Below are positions 12,801 to 25,546 of a DNA stretch of 64,000 nucleotides, one piece after another. Source of the DNA: Eledone cirrhosa (Eukaryota); the NCBI GenBank assembly GCA_964016885.1, contig OZ024745.1, positions 92,132,001-92,196,000 of the forward strand, read 5' to 3'. The first letter of the stretch is position 1, and each line of letters opens with the position of its first letter. A program made the position numbers and the translations under genes. The notes beneath the pieces were generated by a model. That model made no database searches. It was not told the DNA's origin and was given only the letters and a program-made list of their open reading frames with translations.

Positions 12801-13996
12801 GATACTTCTTCACCCAGTGATCATCATCCATACACATCATGTGATCATACTAGTGCAGATTTCTCTCTCTACACTATTTGATTCCTCTTATATCCAGCTT
12901 TTCTCACAATTTATCATGCACATTAGTACTGCACACCCATTGAAGCATGCTTTGGTGATATATATTTGATCAAACTAGCCAGAATAAAAGCCTAGTCATG
13001 CATACAGACAGTGAGTTAACCCTTTTGATACCAACCCTCCCAAAACCACCTGGTTTTATGAAATAAAATATCCATTTTAAATAATTGCTATTTAAATTAA
13101 AACATTCCAACAATTTCATATAGGAACCGTTTCTAAAGGTATGTTATAAATGTAATATTGACAATGCAATAATTAATAAGTTTTCCAAATTCTTCATTAA
13201 GTAGAATGCAGTGTATTTCATTAGAAATATGGAAACGAAATGGTTAATATTTATCGTTAACCATGGCCAATGAGTTGTCAAAAATAAATTAACTAAAGTA
13301 AAAATACTGTTGTTACTTTTGTTACTAAGATATTTTAATGAGAGTAGTCCCAGTCCTACCATGCTGTTACTACTGTTTGATCTAAGAAATAAGTTGTCGA
13401 AATAAGCACCAATAATTTCATGGGACAAATTCAATCAACAGCAACCATAAAATTATACTTGGTGTGATGTTTTTGATTGGCAGAATATCTAGAACGGCAG
13501 ATAATATGCATGCATGGTTCCGTAAGTCCTGTGGAGAGTTGTAGGGGCACCACATTGACATACAGCGCTTTTTTGGGTATTTTAAAATCTGGTGGAGCTC
13601 ACCTCCTCTCCAGCAGATTTCTTCCAGAGAAGGATAGAAAGAGATATAGAGGGAGAATCGACCCAGTGCTGGGCTGGTACTTTTTTATTGACCTTGAATG
13701 GTTCAAAGTTGACCTCAGCGGGGTTTGAACTTGGAGAGCCGAAATGAATACAAAGCATTCCCTCCAACGTTCTAACAACTTGGCCAATTCGCTGCCGACA
13801 GACAATGTACTTTGTAGTATTTAACTGCGACCTTCAAATCCCACAGATCGACAAAAATAGCTGGCTTTGTGTTGTGCCAATGTTAGAAATATTAATATTC
13901 ATTGTGTAAATTTGCTAGAGTACGTATCTTGAATATCAAATTCTAGTCTTGAGAATAAGTAATTATTAAACTTTTATACAGGGAATTAACCAACTA

Positions 13997-14165
13997 CAGT
14001 GAAATTCCGTTATAACAAAATTCACGGGGTATAAAAAATTTGTTGTAACGAAAAATTCTTTATAACGAGATCGACCGAAACAAATGGAACGTTAGGGATT
14101 GAAAAAAATTTTGTTATACTTAAAAATTTGTTATAATGGTATTCGGTTTAACGGAATTTTACCTG
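13997..14165. mobile_element. Tc1/pogo-type MITE
   Basis: TA flanks; TIR CAGTGAAATTCCGTTA...TAACGGAATTTTACCTG. Confidence 0.75.
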
Positions 14166-14982
14166 TAGTAGATTTAGTATCTTTTTTCACAACCAACCAA
14201 AGATCCAAACTTCTGTTTACGTAACATTGAGTGGATGACAGATAATTATTACTATCTTGTTAGAACAATTACTCTCGATAACTGGACGTAGAATAATGGC
14301 ATGTCTAGAAACAATGAAACACCCGCCGCAGAAGTAGAATAGCTGGATGGGTGGGTGTCATTTTTGGGTCTGTTACATATATTTGAGGCGGCGAATTGGC
14401 AGAGTTGTTAGATAGAATGCTTCATGATATTCGTTCCAGCTCTCTGACTTCAAATCCCGCCGATGTCAACTTTGCCTTTCATCCTTTCGAGGTCGATAAA
14501 AAAAAAAGTACCAGTCTAGTACTGGGGTCGATTCTTCCTCTATATCTCTGTCTCGTTTTTCTCTCATTCACTTTCTATGTTTCTCTGGAAGAAATCTGCT
14601 GTACTCAAGCCTGGAAAGGGATGGGCTCCACCAGGCTTAGAATGCTCAAGAAACGCCGCATGTCAATACGATTCTAGCAGGAGTTATGAGACCATACATA
14701 TATTCATATATTTGAATCTGTAGCGTTGGGACCAGGAGGAGTTGTGGCGGAAAACTGAAGGGCTGCTCCAGGTGGCACACACTCAAGTTACACCACTGTT
14801 TGAACTCAGCAATGATCACCTATACGTTTAATAACACTTATCTGACCATATCACGTGTAATTCTAAAAAAAAAAAAAAAGAAAGCAACATCTTTAACATG
14901 TTTTTATCTTTTACAGTCACAAGTTAGTTTCTTTTTATAAACATTTATATTGCTAACGTAAGTCTACATATTATTTCATCTG

Positions 14983-15838
14983 GGGCGGTGGATTGGCAGT
15001 ATCGGTAGAGGGTCGGGTGCCATGCTTTGCAGCATAGAATTACGGCCCCTTACGGTCTGAGTTCAAATCCTGCCGAGGTTAACTTTGCCTTTCATCCTTA
15101 CGGGATCGATAAAATAAAGTACCAGTAATGCACTGGGTAATTGCTGGCCTTGTGCCCAAAGTAGAAACAATTATTTCATCTGTATGTCGGAGGTTACATG
15201 AAACATTGACACACAAGTCTAACATATTATTTCTGGCATACAGTTATTGCCCTTTACGTTTTGAATTCAAATCTCGCCGAGGTTAACTTCGCCATTCATG
15301 CTTAGGTGGTCGATAAAATAAAACACCAGTTTAGCACTGGGGTCGATTTAATCAACTTTCCCCTCCCCCAAAATAATTGTTGACCTTGTGTCTAAATCAG
15401 AAACCATTATTTCTGGCAGTATCGGTAGAGCGATGGACAATATGATTTGTGGCATATAGTTACGGCCCTTTACATTATGAGTTCAAATCCCATCAAGGTT
15501 AGCTTTGCTTTCCATCCTTAGGAGTACGATAAAATAAAGTACCAGTAACACAATAGGTCGATTTAATCGACTTTCCCCTCCCCTAAAATTGTTGGCCTTG
15601 TGCCTAAATCAGAAACTATTATTATCCACTGCCAGTAATCAGTAGAGCGCTGGACACCATGCTTCGTGGCATAGAGTTATGGCTCATTACGTTCTGAGTT
15701 CCATTCCCGCCGAGGTTAGCCTTGCCTTTCATCCTTACGGAGGTCGATAAAATAAAGTACCAGTAATACACTGGGGTTGATCGATTTAATTGCCCCCTCC
15801 CTAAAGAATTGCTGGCCTTGTGCCTAAATCAGAACCCA
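14983..15838 (+). mobile_element. head-to-tail cluster of four family-A SINEs
   Basis: Copies at ~14983-15172, 15235-15410, 15414-15620 and 15632-15838, each with the B-box and the GTCGATAAAATAAAGTACCAG core. Confidence 0.8.
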
Positions 15839-16633
15839 ATTTTATGTCGGAGACAACTTCAAAATATCAATGAATCACTCGTCTAAGATTTCTAAACGGA
15901 AAGTCCTCTTAATTTTAAATTCCTGTTCACTAAAACTGTCCTTAAGGAGGTCATTGTCTTATCAATCGTTTGTCCGATCGTACATTCACTAGATTTCCTG
16001 TTTCCATAGTTTTATATGACGAACTTCCAGTACGATTCTAAAAATCTTGATAATCTCCTCTTCAAATCAAAGCTAAAGTGGGAGCATCAACGCAGTTGCT
16101 AGACCTGTTAGAAATAACAACAAAATGTTCCTCAAACTTCACACAAGGTTATGGTAAATCATTCTTCCTCGAGATGCCACGCAGTGGGATCGAGCCCAAG
16201 TCCTAACGATTGTAAAGCAAACTCCTGAACCATTCGGCTATGCTATGTCAACATACATATATATACCATAAAACACACCACACACACCACATCACACACA
16301 AATACCACACCACATCACACACACATACAAATATCACACCACATCACACACACATACCACACCTCACACACCACATCACACACATACCACACCACTACAC
16401 CACACCACACACACACACATATACTACATCACACAAACACATCACACACATACACACACCACACCACACACACATTGTATATTTGTTTCTGGTGATAATC
16501 TTAGTGCAAACTAAATCAAGCTAGAAGTTTAATGAGAATAGAGTATAAGAAACCCGGAAAGTTGTGACTTGCAGCTTAGTGTAGGAATTATAAATACAAG
16601 CACAGAAACTATGGTTTTTATAATATTATTTTT

Positions 16634-16855
16634 TCAATTCAGGAGGTCCATTATAATTATTTGTGTTGACCTTTCAGAGTCCAAAGCAGCAAGAGAAAGA
16701 TTTATGAATCGCCGCGGGAACTTTTCCCTCTGGGCGGAAGTCGAGACACATTCTCCTATGCTGGCGGTGATTGGCTGAACTGAGCCAAACAATGCAAGGA
16801 GAATGTATCCATGAGCCCTCGGAATGTAGGTCACTACAAGGATTTGAATTTGAAA
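16634..16855 (-). other. candidate terminal exon of an unidentified minus-strand gene
   Basis: Strong acceptor gtttttcttctctcatAG, non-repetitive sequence of balanced composition, phase-0 frame open for 73 codons to TGA. No recognised homology. Confidence 0.3.
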
Positions 16856-16985
16856 CTATGAGAGAAGAAAAACATTATAATAGGTAAATAGATCTTTTGT
16901 CGGTTTTGACGATGAATAAATATTCCCGTAGTTGAAGGAACAGATCTACTGACTCATTGCATTAGCATGTAGGCTACATGATGTA

Positions 16986-17316
16986 CAGGGTGGTCCGAAA
17001 GTCTTGTCACATATTGTTTTAACTTTCATTATTTTTTGTTTTAATAATATAATATATAATATCATTAATTATAATATATAATAATAATAATATAATTTTC
17101 TATTTCAGAGCTGCTACAGTTTGGAAGAGAGGCTGCTTACAAGTATATGGACACATGATCGTGTGCATTCTGGTAAGAGCATGGAGGATATGCGACATGA
17201 CTTCATGGCAAGATTCGGCAAACCAGCTCCTCCAAAGAGCACGATACTGCGATGGGAACATAAACTGTTTCTCATTACCTTCTGGTAGGGGGTGACAAGA
17301 CTTTCGGACCACTCTG
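16986..17316 (+). mobile_element. internally deleted Tc1/mariner element
   Basis: TA flanks; TIR CAGGGTGGTCCGAAAGTCTTGTCAC / GTGACAAGACTTTCGGACCACTCTG. Remnant HTH-like peptide LEERLLTSIW...FMARFGKPAPPKSTILRWEHKLF. Confidence 0.85.
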
Positions 17317-17602
17317 TAGGTCGCTGACTTCTACAGAAATAAGGACCACAAACGACATCCCAAGGTAAAATCAATATGGCACAGTTGAATTACCGGTATG
17401 ACACGTCTGACAGATTGTCACATTTTCTATCACTCACTAGGTTTGGTTCGACCTGAGGAATATAGTCAGATACTTGACTTAGATGCCATGCAGTAGGATC
17501 GAATCCAAACTTCTTAACCACTCAGCGACGTTTGCGGCCATAATGATACATATTTATATACAAACAGACGAAACAGAACTATATATATATACAATATTGT
17601 TA

Positions 17603-18685
17603 TACTTTGGGAGGGTCATGTTGCCAATAAGAAACGCATGCACCAGTTACTTTCACTCCAATTTATTATAAATTAAAAAATTTTTTCAAAAAATTTATAA
17701 ATTTCCGGTTGGTTGGTTGGTTCCACAAGCGGACGGTTGTTCATATATTGTCAAAGTTCTTTCGTCACACATTCTGTGACCTCTTCAGTGACTGGGGATT
17801 CTTTTCTTTGTTTTGTGCCTCTCCTTTGTTCTTATCTATACAGAGAGGTCTTTGAAAAGGGCATGTATTAGTAATACATACCCTTTTCAAAGACCTCCCT
17901 GTATAGATAAGAAATGCATAATCTGTAAACTAAGCCCCCATATTAACTGTAAAACTAGAAACAGTATATAGCATAAGATGTACTGAAGGACAATGTAAAG
18001 ATAAGAATATAGTGTACATAGGTGAGACAGCTCGTAGTATAGGAGAACGGTTAAATGAACACTGGCGAGAACTTCAAGATAGAAAAGAATCATCAACACT
18101 CCACCAACATGCTAAAATAGAACATAAGGGCAAATTAGAGAACATAGAAATAAAAATAAAATAAAATCTACACACAGAAAAGACGCAATGTTTAGACAAA
18201 TCACAGAGGCAATAAACATAAATGAACTCCAACCAAAATTAAATAGAAAACGAATGGAATAGCAACATCACAACTTACAATTAAGGACAAAATGAAAACA
18301 CACACACATAGAACAAACAACCAACCAGTAACATGTAAATAAACAAATAAATAAACAAATAAAAACACACACAGACACCCGGATGTAACACATGCGCAAA
18401 CTAAGCACACAACACACACAAAAACAAGATGGCGTAGGACAGAACAAAGGAGAGGCACAAAAACGAAGAAAAGAATCCCCAGTCACTGAAGAGGTCACAG
18501 AATGTGTGACGAAAGAACTTTGACAATATATAAACAACCGTCCGGTTGTGGAACCAACCAACCAACCAACCAGAAATTTATAAATTCTTAAATTTATAAC
18601 ATGACCCTCCCAAAGTATAACAATATCGGCTTCAACACACGTTTTCAGATAAAGAATCTTGCTAAACAAATTCAGAAACGAAATA
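17603..18685 (+). mobile_element. 5'-truncated Penelope-like element, family 1, with inverted partial pLTR
   Basis: GIY-YIG remnant (YIGETARSIGERLNEH), near-identical to 42496-43345. Pseudo-LTR at 18260-18685 and its inverted part at 17603-17830. Confidence 0.85.
18482..18524 (+). ncRNA. minimal type I hammerhead motif in PLE pLTR
   Basis: GTCA-CTGAAGA-G-GTCACA(GAATG)TGTGAC-GAAA-GAAC-TT-TGAC. Copies at 43106-43148 (+), 17750-17792 (-) and 41594-41636 (-). Confidence 0.65.
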
Positions 18686-18695
18686 TATATACAAA

Positions 18696-19670
18696 AGAAA
18701 TAGTGGACAGCTTCCGTTACCTGGGTGACAAAATCAGCAGTGGGGGAGGGTGCTCTGAAAGTACAGTAGCTAGAGTCAGAACTGGATGGAAAAAGTTCAG
18801 AGAGCTTATACCACTATTAGCCGCTAAAGGGTTCTCCCTACAAATGAAAGGCAGGTTGTAGGATGCCTGCATACGAACAGCAATATTGCATGGCAGTGAG
18901 ACCTGGGCATTGTGTGCAGAGGATATACGCAGACTAGAGAGGAACGAAGCTTGCATGCTCCGCTGGATGTGTAATAGTAACATACGTGAACGGCAAAGCA
19001 TAAGCGAACTAAGGAAAAAATTAGAAATAAGAGGGATCAGATGTTGTTTACTCGAGAGAAGGCTACGTTGGTATGGTCACGTGATGCGCATGAAAGACGA
19101 CAGCTGTATAACAAAGTGCAGGGCAATAAAGATAGACGGTAGCTACGGAGTAGGCAGACCCAGAAAAACCTGGGACGAGCTGATAAATTCCGACCTCACA
19201 CACTTACACCTCTCCAAGACAATGTCACTGGACCGAGACCTTTGGCGGTACTCAGTAATAGAGAAGACCCGCCTTACCTAAATACAAAGTAAAACCTACT
19301 ACAGTCAGTAGGCATCTCTAACAAAATACACCCCCGTCCCACCACCCCCACCCCATCCACACCGCCCCTTTCAATGTAAAGTTATGTTGGTGCCACAACA
19401 TCCAGGCCGAAACAAATGAGATCGTGTAGGTGTCACGACAAAAAAACACACAGTCCACGCTGTAATGTGGCTGTGTAGGCAACACGGTAAAAACCTCCCA
19501 GCCCCACACTGTAAATGTGGTTGGTGTTAGGAAGGGCATCCAGCTGTAGAAAACCCGCCAGACAGTCCTATGCGAGCAAGACAATCACTCTTGCCTCAAG
19601 TGGGAAAACCCCCGTCCAAACCCATGCAAGCGTGGAACACGGACGTTAAACGATGATGATGATGATGATG
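18696..19670 (+). mobile_element. 5'-truncated RTE-clade LINE, copy 1
   Basis: VDSFRYLGD...HGSETW...RRLRWYGHVMR...GRPRKTW, one in-frame TAG, 3' UTR and (GAT)n tail. Confidence 0.9.
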
Positions 19671-19713
19671 AATGATATTAAATAAATGGAAACTATATTT
19701 ATAAAACCATATT

Positions 19714-19774
19714 TATTCTATTATATATATTTCAAGGGTACCAAAATTTTGGTATGCTATCATCAGATAAAATA
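19714..19774 (-). ncRNA. type I hammerhead motif
   Basis: TATTTTAT-CTGATGA-(hairpin TACCAAAATTTTGGTA)-GAAA-TATATA-TA-ATAGAATA. Same family as 38043-38108. Confidence 0.65.
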
Positions 19775-19839
19775 CGAAGTGTGTTTTATAAATTTTGACA
19801 TAACCAAGGAGAGTATACCTTAATGGTTCAAGTTATCCT

Positions 19840-21069
19840 TGAATATATACAAAGACCAAAGTTCTAGTTTGTAGGAAAGAAAACAAGGCGGCGGTCCCTT
19901 CTGGGAAATGGTCGTGCTCGGTGTGTAGGAAAGGCGTAGGTAGAAACTCCATTTTGTGTCCTAAATGCAAAGTATGGGTGCATAAAAGATGTAGTGGGAT
20001 CACAGGTAAGCTAACTAAGAACATAGATTTTACATGTGGCCGGTGTTCTGGTGCAATAAGTAGCAGCAAGTGCCCACACAATACTAGCTCTTTCAATTGC
20101 GCAGAGGGTTCTATAGAAATAGTGGACAGCTTCCGTTACCTGGGCGATAAAATCAGCAGTGGGGGAGGGTGCTCTGAAAGTACTGTAGCTAGAGTCAGAA
20201 CTGGTTGGAAAAAGTTCAGAGAGCTTATACCACTATTAGCTGCTAAAGGGTTCTCCCTAAAAATGAAAGGCAGGTTGTACGATGCCTGCATACGAACAGC
20301 AATGTTGCATGGCAGTGAGACCTGGGCATTGTGTGCAGAGGATATACGCAGACTAGAGAGGAACGAAGCTTGCATGCTCCGCTGGATGTGTAACAGTAAT
20401 ATACGTGAACGGCAAAGCATAAACGAACTAAGGAAAAAATTAGAGATAAGAGGGATCAGATGTTGTTTACTCGAGAGAAGGCTACGTTGGTATGGACACG
20501 TGATGCGCATGAAAGTCGATAGCTGTATAACAAAGTGCAGGGCAATAAAGATAGACGGTAGCCACGGAATAGGCAGACCTAGAAAAACCTGGGACGAGCT
20601 GATAAACTCCGACCTCACACACTTACACCTCTCCAAGACAATGTCACTGGACCGAGACCTTTGGCGGTACTCAGTAACAGAGAAGACCCGCCTTGCCAGT
20701 AGGCATCTCTAACAAAATACACCCCGTCCCACCACCACCACCCCCACCCCATCCACACCACCCCGTCCTATGTAAAGTTATGTTGGTGCCGCGCCATCCG
20801 GGCCGAAACAAATGAGATCGTGTAGGTGTCACGACAAAAAAACACACAGTCCACGCTGTAATGTGGCCGTGTAGGCAACACGGTAAAAACCTCCCAGACC
20901 CACACTGTAAATGTGGTTGGTGTTAGGAAGGGCATCCAACTGTAGAAAACCTGCCAGACAGTCCTATGCGAGCAAGACAATCACTCTTGCCTCAAGTGGG
21001 ACTACCCCCGTCCAAACCCATGCAAGCGTGGAACACGGACGTTAAACGTTGATGATGATGATGATGATG

Positions 21070-21070
<1 letters not shown>
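19840..21070 (+). mobile_element. 5'-truncated RTE-clade LINE, copy 2, with PHD-like Cys/His finger
   Basis: ORF 19921-20712: CSVCRKGVGRNSILCPKCKVWVHKRC...FTCGRC followed by the RT C-terminal region; (GAT)n tail. Near-identical to copy 1. Confidence 0.92.
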
Positions 21071-21128
<58 letters not shown>

Positions 21129-21130
<2 letters not shown>

Positions 21131-22142
21131 GTTGTCCCCCGGTATTCGCGGGGTCTATGTTCCTTTAACACCCGTGAATATTGGACATGTTCCATAAAAA
21201 TGCCTATAAACGTCAAAATATAACGTAAAATATAAAGTGGGGCCAGGCTCCATGCCCGGCCCTCCTCCACCGGCACGCAGCTAGACAACCATAGCCTGCG
21301 AATCGGCGTTTCCCTGAGGCTCGCCTCCAGATCTGCCACCCACACCAACGTTGCTGCGGTTCCACCGTGGACTCTTTCGGCCTCCACCCGCTTTCCTGTC
21401 GCCACAGTGCCGGCCGCATTCCACGCCATGCTGCCCTCAATGAGGTCATAAAGCATGGCTTGGACGCTACAGGCTTCTCTTCTCGGCTCGAGCCGGTGGG
21501 GCTGGGTCGAGGGGACGGCAAAAGGCCAGATGGCATGACCATCTTCCCGTTCCACGGTGGCAAACCCCTCGTCTGGGATACCACTTGCACCGACACTCTG
21601 CAGCCGCAACCTGGTGCAGTCTGCGACTGACCCAGGTTCTGCTGCACGTCGGGGCCAAACTCCTCAAATATCGGTCGCTCACTGACAGGTTTGCGGTCGT
21701 TCCCCTGGCAGTGGAGACTTCTGGTGTCCTCGGCCCCAGGGCTACCTCCTTACTCACCACCATAGGCGCTGAGCTGGCCAGTCGCAGGTGTGAGCCCCGC
21801 GAGTTGGAGTGGCTTTTCCAGCGCGTCCCCCTTGCCGTCCTCCGGAGAAACACCTTCTCCATTCTGTCCGCCGGGGCTGTGGGTGGGCCCCATCGCGTAC
21901 CAATACATTAGTTAAATACCATTCTTTCATCTGATACAACAGGATAAAGACTAAAGTGTTTAAAAAGCCCGTCAAACACGATATACTGTTATTAATAATT
22001 TAGCATAAAAAATATATATTGCCACGGAAAAAGCCATTAAAAAATGGCGGAAGATATTTACGATTCCGCAAATATGCAGTGGTTTCCACAAACAATTATT
22101 AGTTAGGTTCTAAGGAAAATCCGCGATGTCGGGGGTACACTG
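21129..22142. mobile_element. pogo/Tigger-like non-autonomous element carrying a nested LINE fragment
   Basis: Imperfect TIR CAGTTGTCCCCCGGTATTCGCGG / CCGCGATGTCGGGGGTACACTG. Confidence 0.7.
21238..21905 (+). mobile_element. CRE-clade (restriction-like endonuclease) non-LTR retrotransposon 3' fragment
   Basis: GLHPLSC...RHAALNEVI...EP...GKRPDG...VWD, then K..KY...VPLAVETSG...LFQR...RN. Frameshifted and visibly GC-rich. Confidence 0.85.
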
Positions 22143-22383
22143 TATATGTATTTATATATGTATATATATAATAATTGTTTCTACTTTAGGCACAAGGCCA
22201 GCAATTACCCAGTGTATTACTGGTACTTTATTTTATCGACCCCGTAAGGATGAAAGGCAAAGTTAACCTCGGCGGGATTTGAACTCAGAATGGCAAGGGC
22301 TGTAACTCTTTACGTCAAAGCATGGCGTCTGACCCTTAACCGATACTGCCAATAATAATAATAATGGATATAATATATATATA

Positions 22384-24725
22384 TTTAACGAAGGGTATTT
22401 TTAGTTAAGTAATCGTTAAATGGATTAACATGGTTATTAGATGAATGATTATAACAGAGTTGTTAGATGAAATAACAAGAATAAATGATTTACTTTATAT
22501 ATAAAGGTTTACTTCACTTGAGTCAAAAAGAACAATAATCAATTTACCACGAGTTGCAAAGGTTGACAATGTTATTTTTATTGTTGATGTGAAAACAGCG
22601 AGCGACCAGATAAACTTTGTTGGTGGTTAAAGTGTGTTGCAGTACGTGGTAGTAGTTCTCGTCGTGAGTCTGGGACCATAGTGAGAGAGAGAGAGAGTGT
22701 AATGGTCTGTAATTGATTGTAGACCACTGTAGCCTGTACATAGCGGTGAATCTTTCACATAGCTGGTCTGTAGTAGTAGGGCTCCGATCACTCTGTATTT
22801 CTGTAGACCACTGGGGCCTGAAGGTAGCGGTGAATATTTACGTAGCTTGTTGTAGGCGTAATGCTCCGATGTCTCTGTATAAACGTGGGATGATACAGGC
22901 TTTATATACCTGTCGCTTTCTGTCTCCCACCTTGAGGGGATAGCCCACGCATGAACCTGCTCACACCAAAAGGGTGGTGACCTAGAGTTTGACCTTTAGG
23001 TGTCATCCAAGGTTCAAGGCGTGAACAGATTTCACTACATTAGTTCCCTACCCAGATCGATGCAGGAGCAGCGATTGATTATAAAAGGGGTAGCGAAATC
23101 TGATTCTAGAAGTGTGTCCCAAAACACACAAAATGTGGGTACTGCGCCCGCATTTCGAGTAGAGAAATTTGGAGAGAGAAAAAAAAAATTGTATCACTGT
23201 GTATGCATGTGTGTGTGTAACATTTAAAAGAAACTGTAAATATATGTATTTCGTGGTGTTGTGTATGGATGGCTGAACGTTGGGGTTATGGTTTCGGATT
23301 ACGATATGATAACACAGGACTATTTCTCTCGATGTATCATCATACGTAAGATTCTCTTCCAGTGAGTCGAGGTTTACGCTATGACATGAGTGTGTGTAAT
23401 TTTGAGTTGCGTGCTTGAGTGAGTTCAAGCAAGTAGTAACCGTGGGTTGATTATCATGTGTTTAATAGCTGTTGCCGTACCTCGACCCGTTGTATCTCGA
23501 TGTATTATCATACGTAAGATGCTTTTCCAGTGAGTCGAGTTTTATGCTATGACATGAGTGTGTGCAATTTTGAGTTGCGTGCTTTAGTGAGTCCAAGCTT
23601 GTAGTACCTGTGGATGAGTTTCTCACGTGTTTAATAGCTGTTGCCGTACCTCGACCAGTTGAAAAGTGATCTCGCTGAGACCCAACCGAATCCAGAATAT
23701 ACCATAGACAAAAACATGTTGGTGTGACAAAGAAAATGATGTGTGTATGATGCAAAAGGTGTTATTCATACAGGCATATAATACAGTAAAACGACTAAAA
23801 ACAATAAAAATGACATTCATATATAACCTGTAAAAAAAAAATATATATATATATTTATATAATTGTTCTTTACAAAAAGTTCAGTTTTGTCTTCTTTATG
23901 TGATCGTTTTCTTGCTAGGAAGCTAGTAGTATTGTTTGTTGTTGTTGTTTTTGGAGATTACGAAGCAAGTGGTGAAGTGTTTGGTAATGAGTTCAAGCGA
24001 AGTTACTGTAAATATTCCGTAGAATGGAAGTTTGGTGAGAGAAAGTTGTTGATATATCAAAAAGGTCGCGTGTGGTTTTCTTTTTTTTTTTTTCTAAATC
24101 ACATCGGGTTCACCAATTTAACGAAGGGTATTTTTAAAGAAATTATTAAACGGGTTAACATGATTGTTGGATGTAATAACAAGATAAAAGATTTACTTTA
24201 TATATAAAGGTTTACTTCACTTGAGTCAAAAAGAAGAATAATCAATTTACCACGAGTTGCAAAGGTTGACAATGTTATTTTTATTGTTGATGTGAAAACA
24301 GCGAGCGACCAGATAAACTTTGTTGGTGGTTAAAGTTTGTTGCAGTCCGTGGTAGTAGTTCTCGTCGTGAGTCTGGGACCATATTGAGAGAGAGTCTGTA
24401 ATTGATTGTAGACCACTGTAGCCTGTACATAGCGGTGAATCTTTCACATAGCTGGTCTGTAGTAGTAGGGCTCCAATCACTCTGTATTTCTGAAGACCAC
24501 TGGGGCCTGAAGGTAGCGGTGAATATTTACGTAGCTTGTTGTAGGCGTAATGCTCCGATGTCTCTGTATAAACGTGGGATGATACAGGCTTTATATACCT
24601 GTCGCTTTCTGTCTCCCACCTTGAGGGGATAGCCCACGCATGAACCTGCTCACACCAAAAGGGTGGCGACCTAGAGTTTGACCTTTAGGTGTCATCCATG
24701 GTTCAAGGCGTGGACAGATTTCGCT

Positions 24726-24728
<3 letters not shown>
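22384..24728 (-). mobile_element. non-autonomous LTR retrotransposon (two LTRs, PBS-Trp, PPT, no pol)
   Basis: Direct repeats 22384-23039 and 24117-24728 begin TGTAG on the minus strand. PBS 24096-24115 matches the tRNA-Trp 3' end at 18/20. Purine tract GGGTAGGGAACTAA abuts the 3' LTR. Confidence 0.85.
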
Positions 24729-24765
<37 letters not shown>

Positions 24766-24920
24766 CTTTAGGTTTGTTGGTTCACCACTGGTCAATCTTG
24801 GTGTAATATTGTGGAGAGTACTCAACGTAGTGCAGTTCACCCGTCTTCGTTTGTGTAGTTGGTGGTGCGAATACGGAGTTAATTATCAATAAAAATAACA
24901 GGAGGCTGGACTGGTGTAAA

Positions 24921-25546
24921 TCTATGTATATAAAACCGGATGTCTATGTGTGTGTGTGTGAGTTTAAATCCCTAAAACTCGAGAAGTACCCAGCCGACTT
25001 TTTTCAAATTTTACATGTGTATTACTTATGTTTCAGGGAGTGTTATGCACATACAAAATTCAACTTTTTGATCCCCTGGGGCCCGCATTAGGTGAAAAAC
25101 TGCGTTTTTTAGGGGTTTTTGAGGCGTAACGTCAGACTGATTTCCTTGAAATTGTAACTATGTATTAGTTAGTCTCTTCTTCATACAGTGAACAAAGAAA
25201 ATCCAACTTTTTATGGCCTAGGGCCCGCATTAGGTGAAAAACTTCATTTTTTCAGCTGTTTAGGGCTTTTTTGAGGCGTTACGCCTAGCCGATTTTCCCG
25301 AAATTTCAGGGTATATTATGCACATAAAAAAACTTCAGTTTCTTGATCCCCTAGGGCCCGCATTAGGTGAAAACCTGCATTTTTCCTGCTTCATCGAAGA
25401 AAATCTTAAAGATTATTCAGCCATCAGAGTATTCGGCTTATTTTCTTTATATATTGTCCAGGCATGTAGTTTTTCCACGATTTAGTCTGTTAGCGGCCTG
25501 CGTTCAAAAATACCTTATCCCGTGCAACGCCGGGTACCACTCCTAG
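24921..25546 (+). mobile_element. non-autonomous Helitron
   Basis: A|TCTATGTATATAAAA...hairpin CCCGTGCAACGCCGGG...CTAG|T. Three internal GGGCCCGCATTAGGTGAAAA repeats. Confidence 0.85.

Noticed and set aside
23048-23755. gag-like ORFs in the two-LTR element
   Set aside because: No zinc knuckle or capsid-like motifs; the ORFs arise from an internal tandem duplication.
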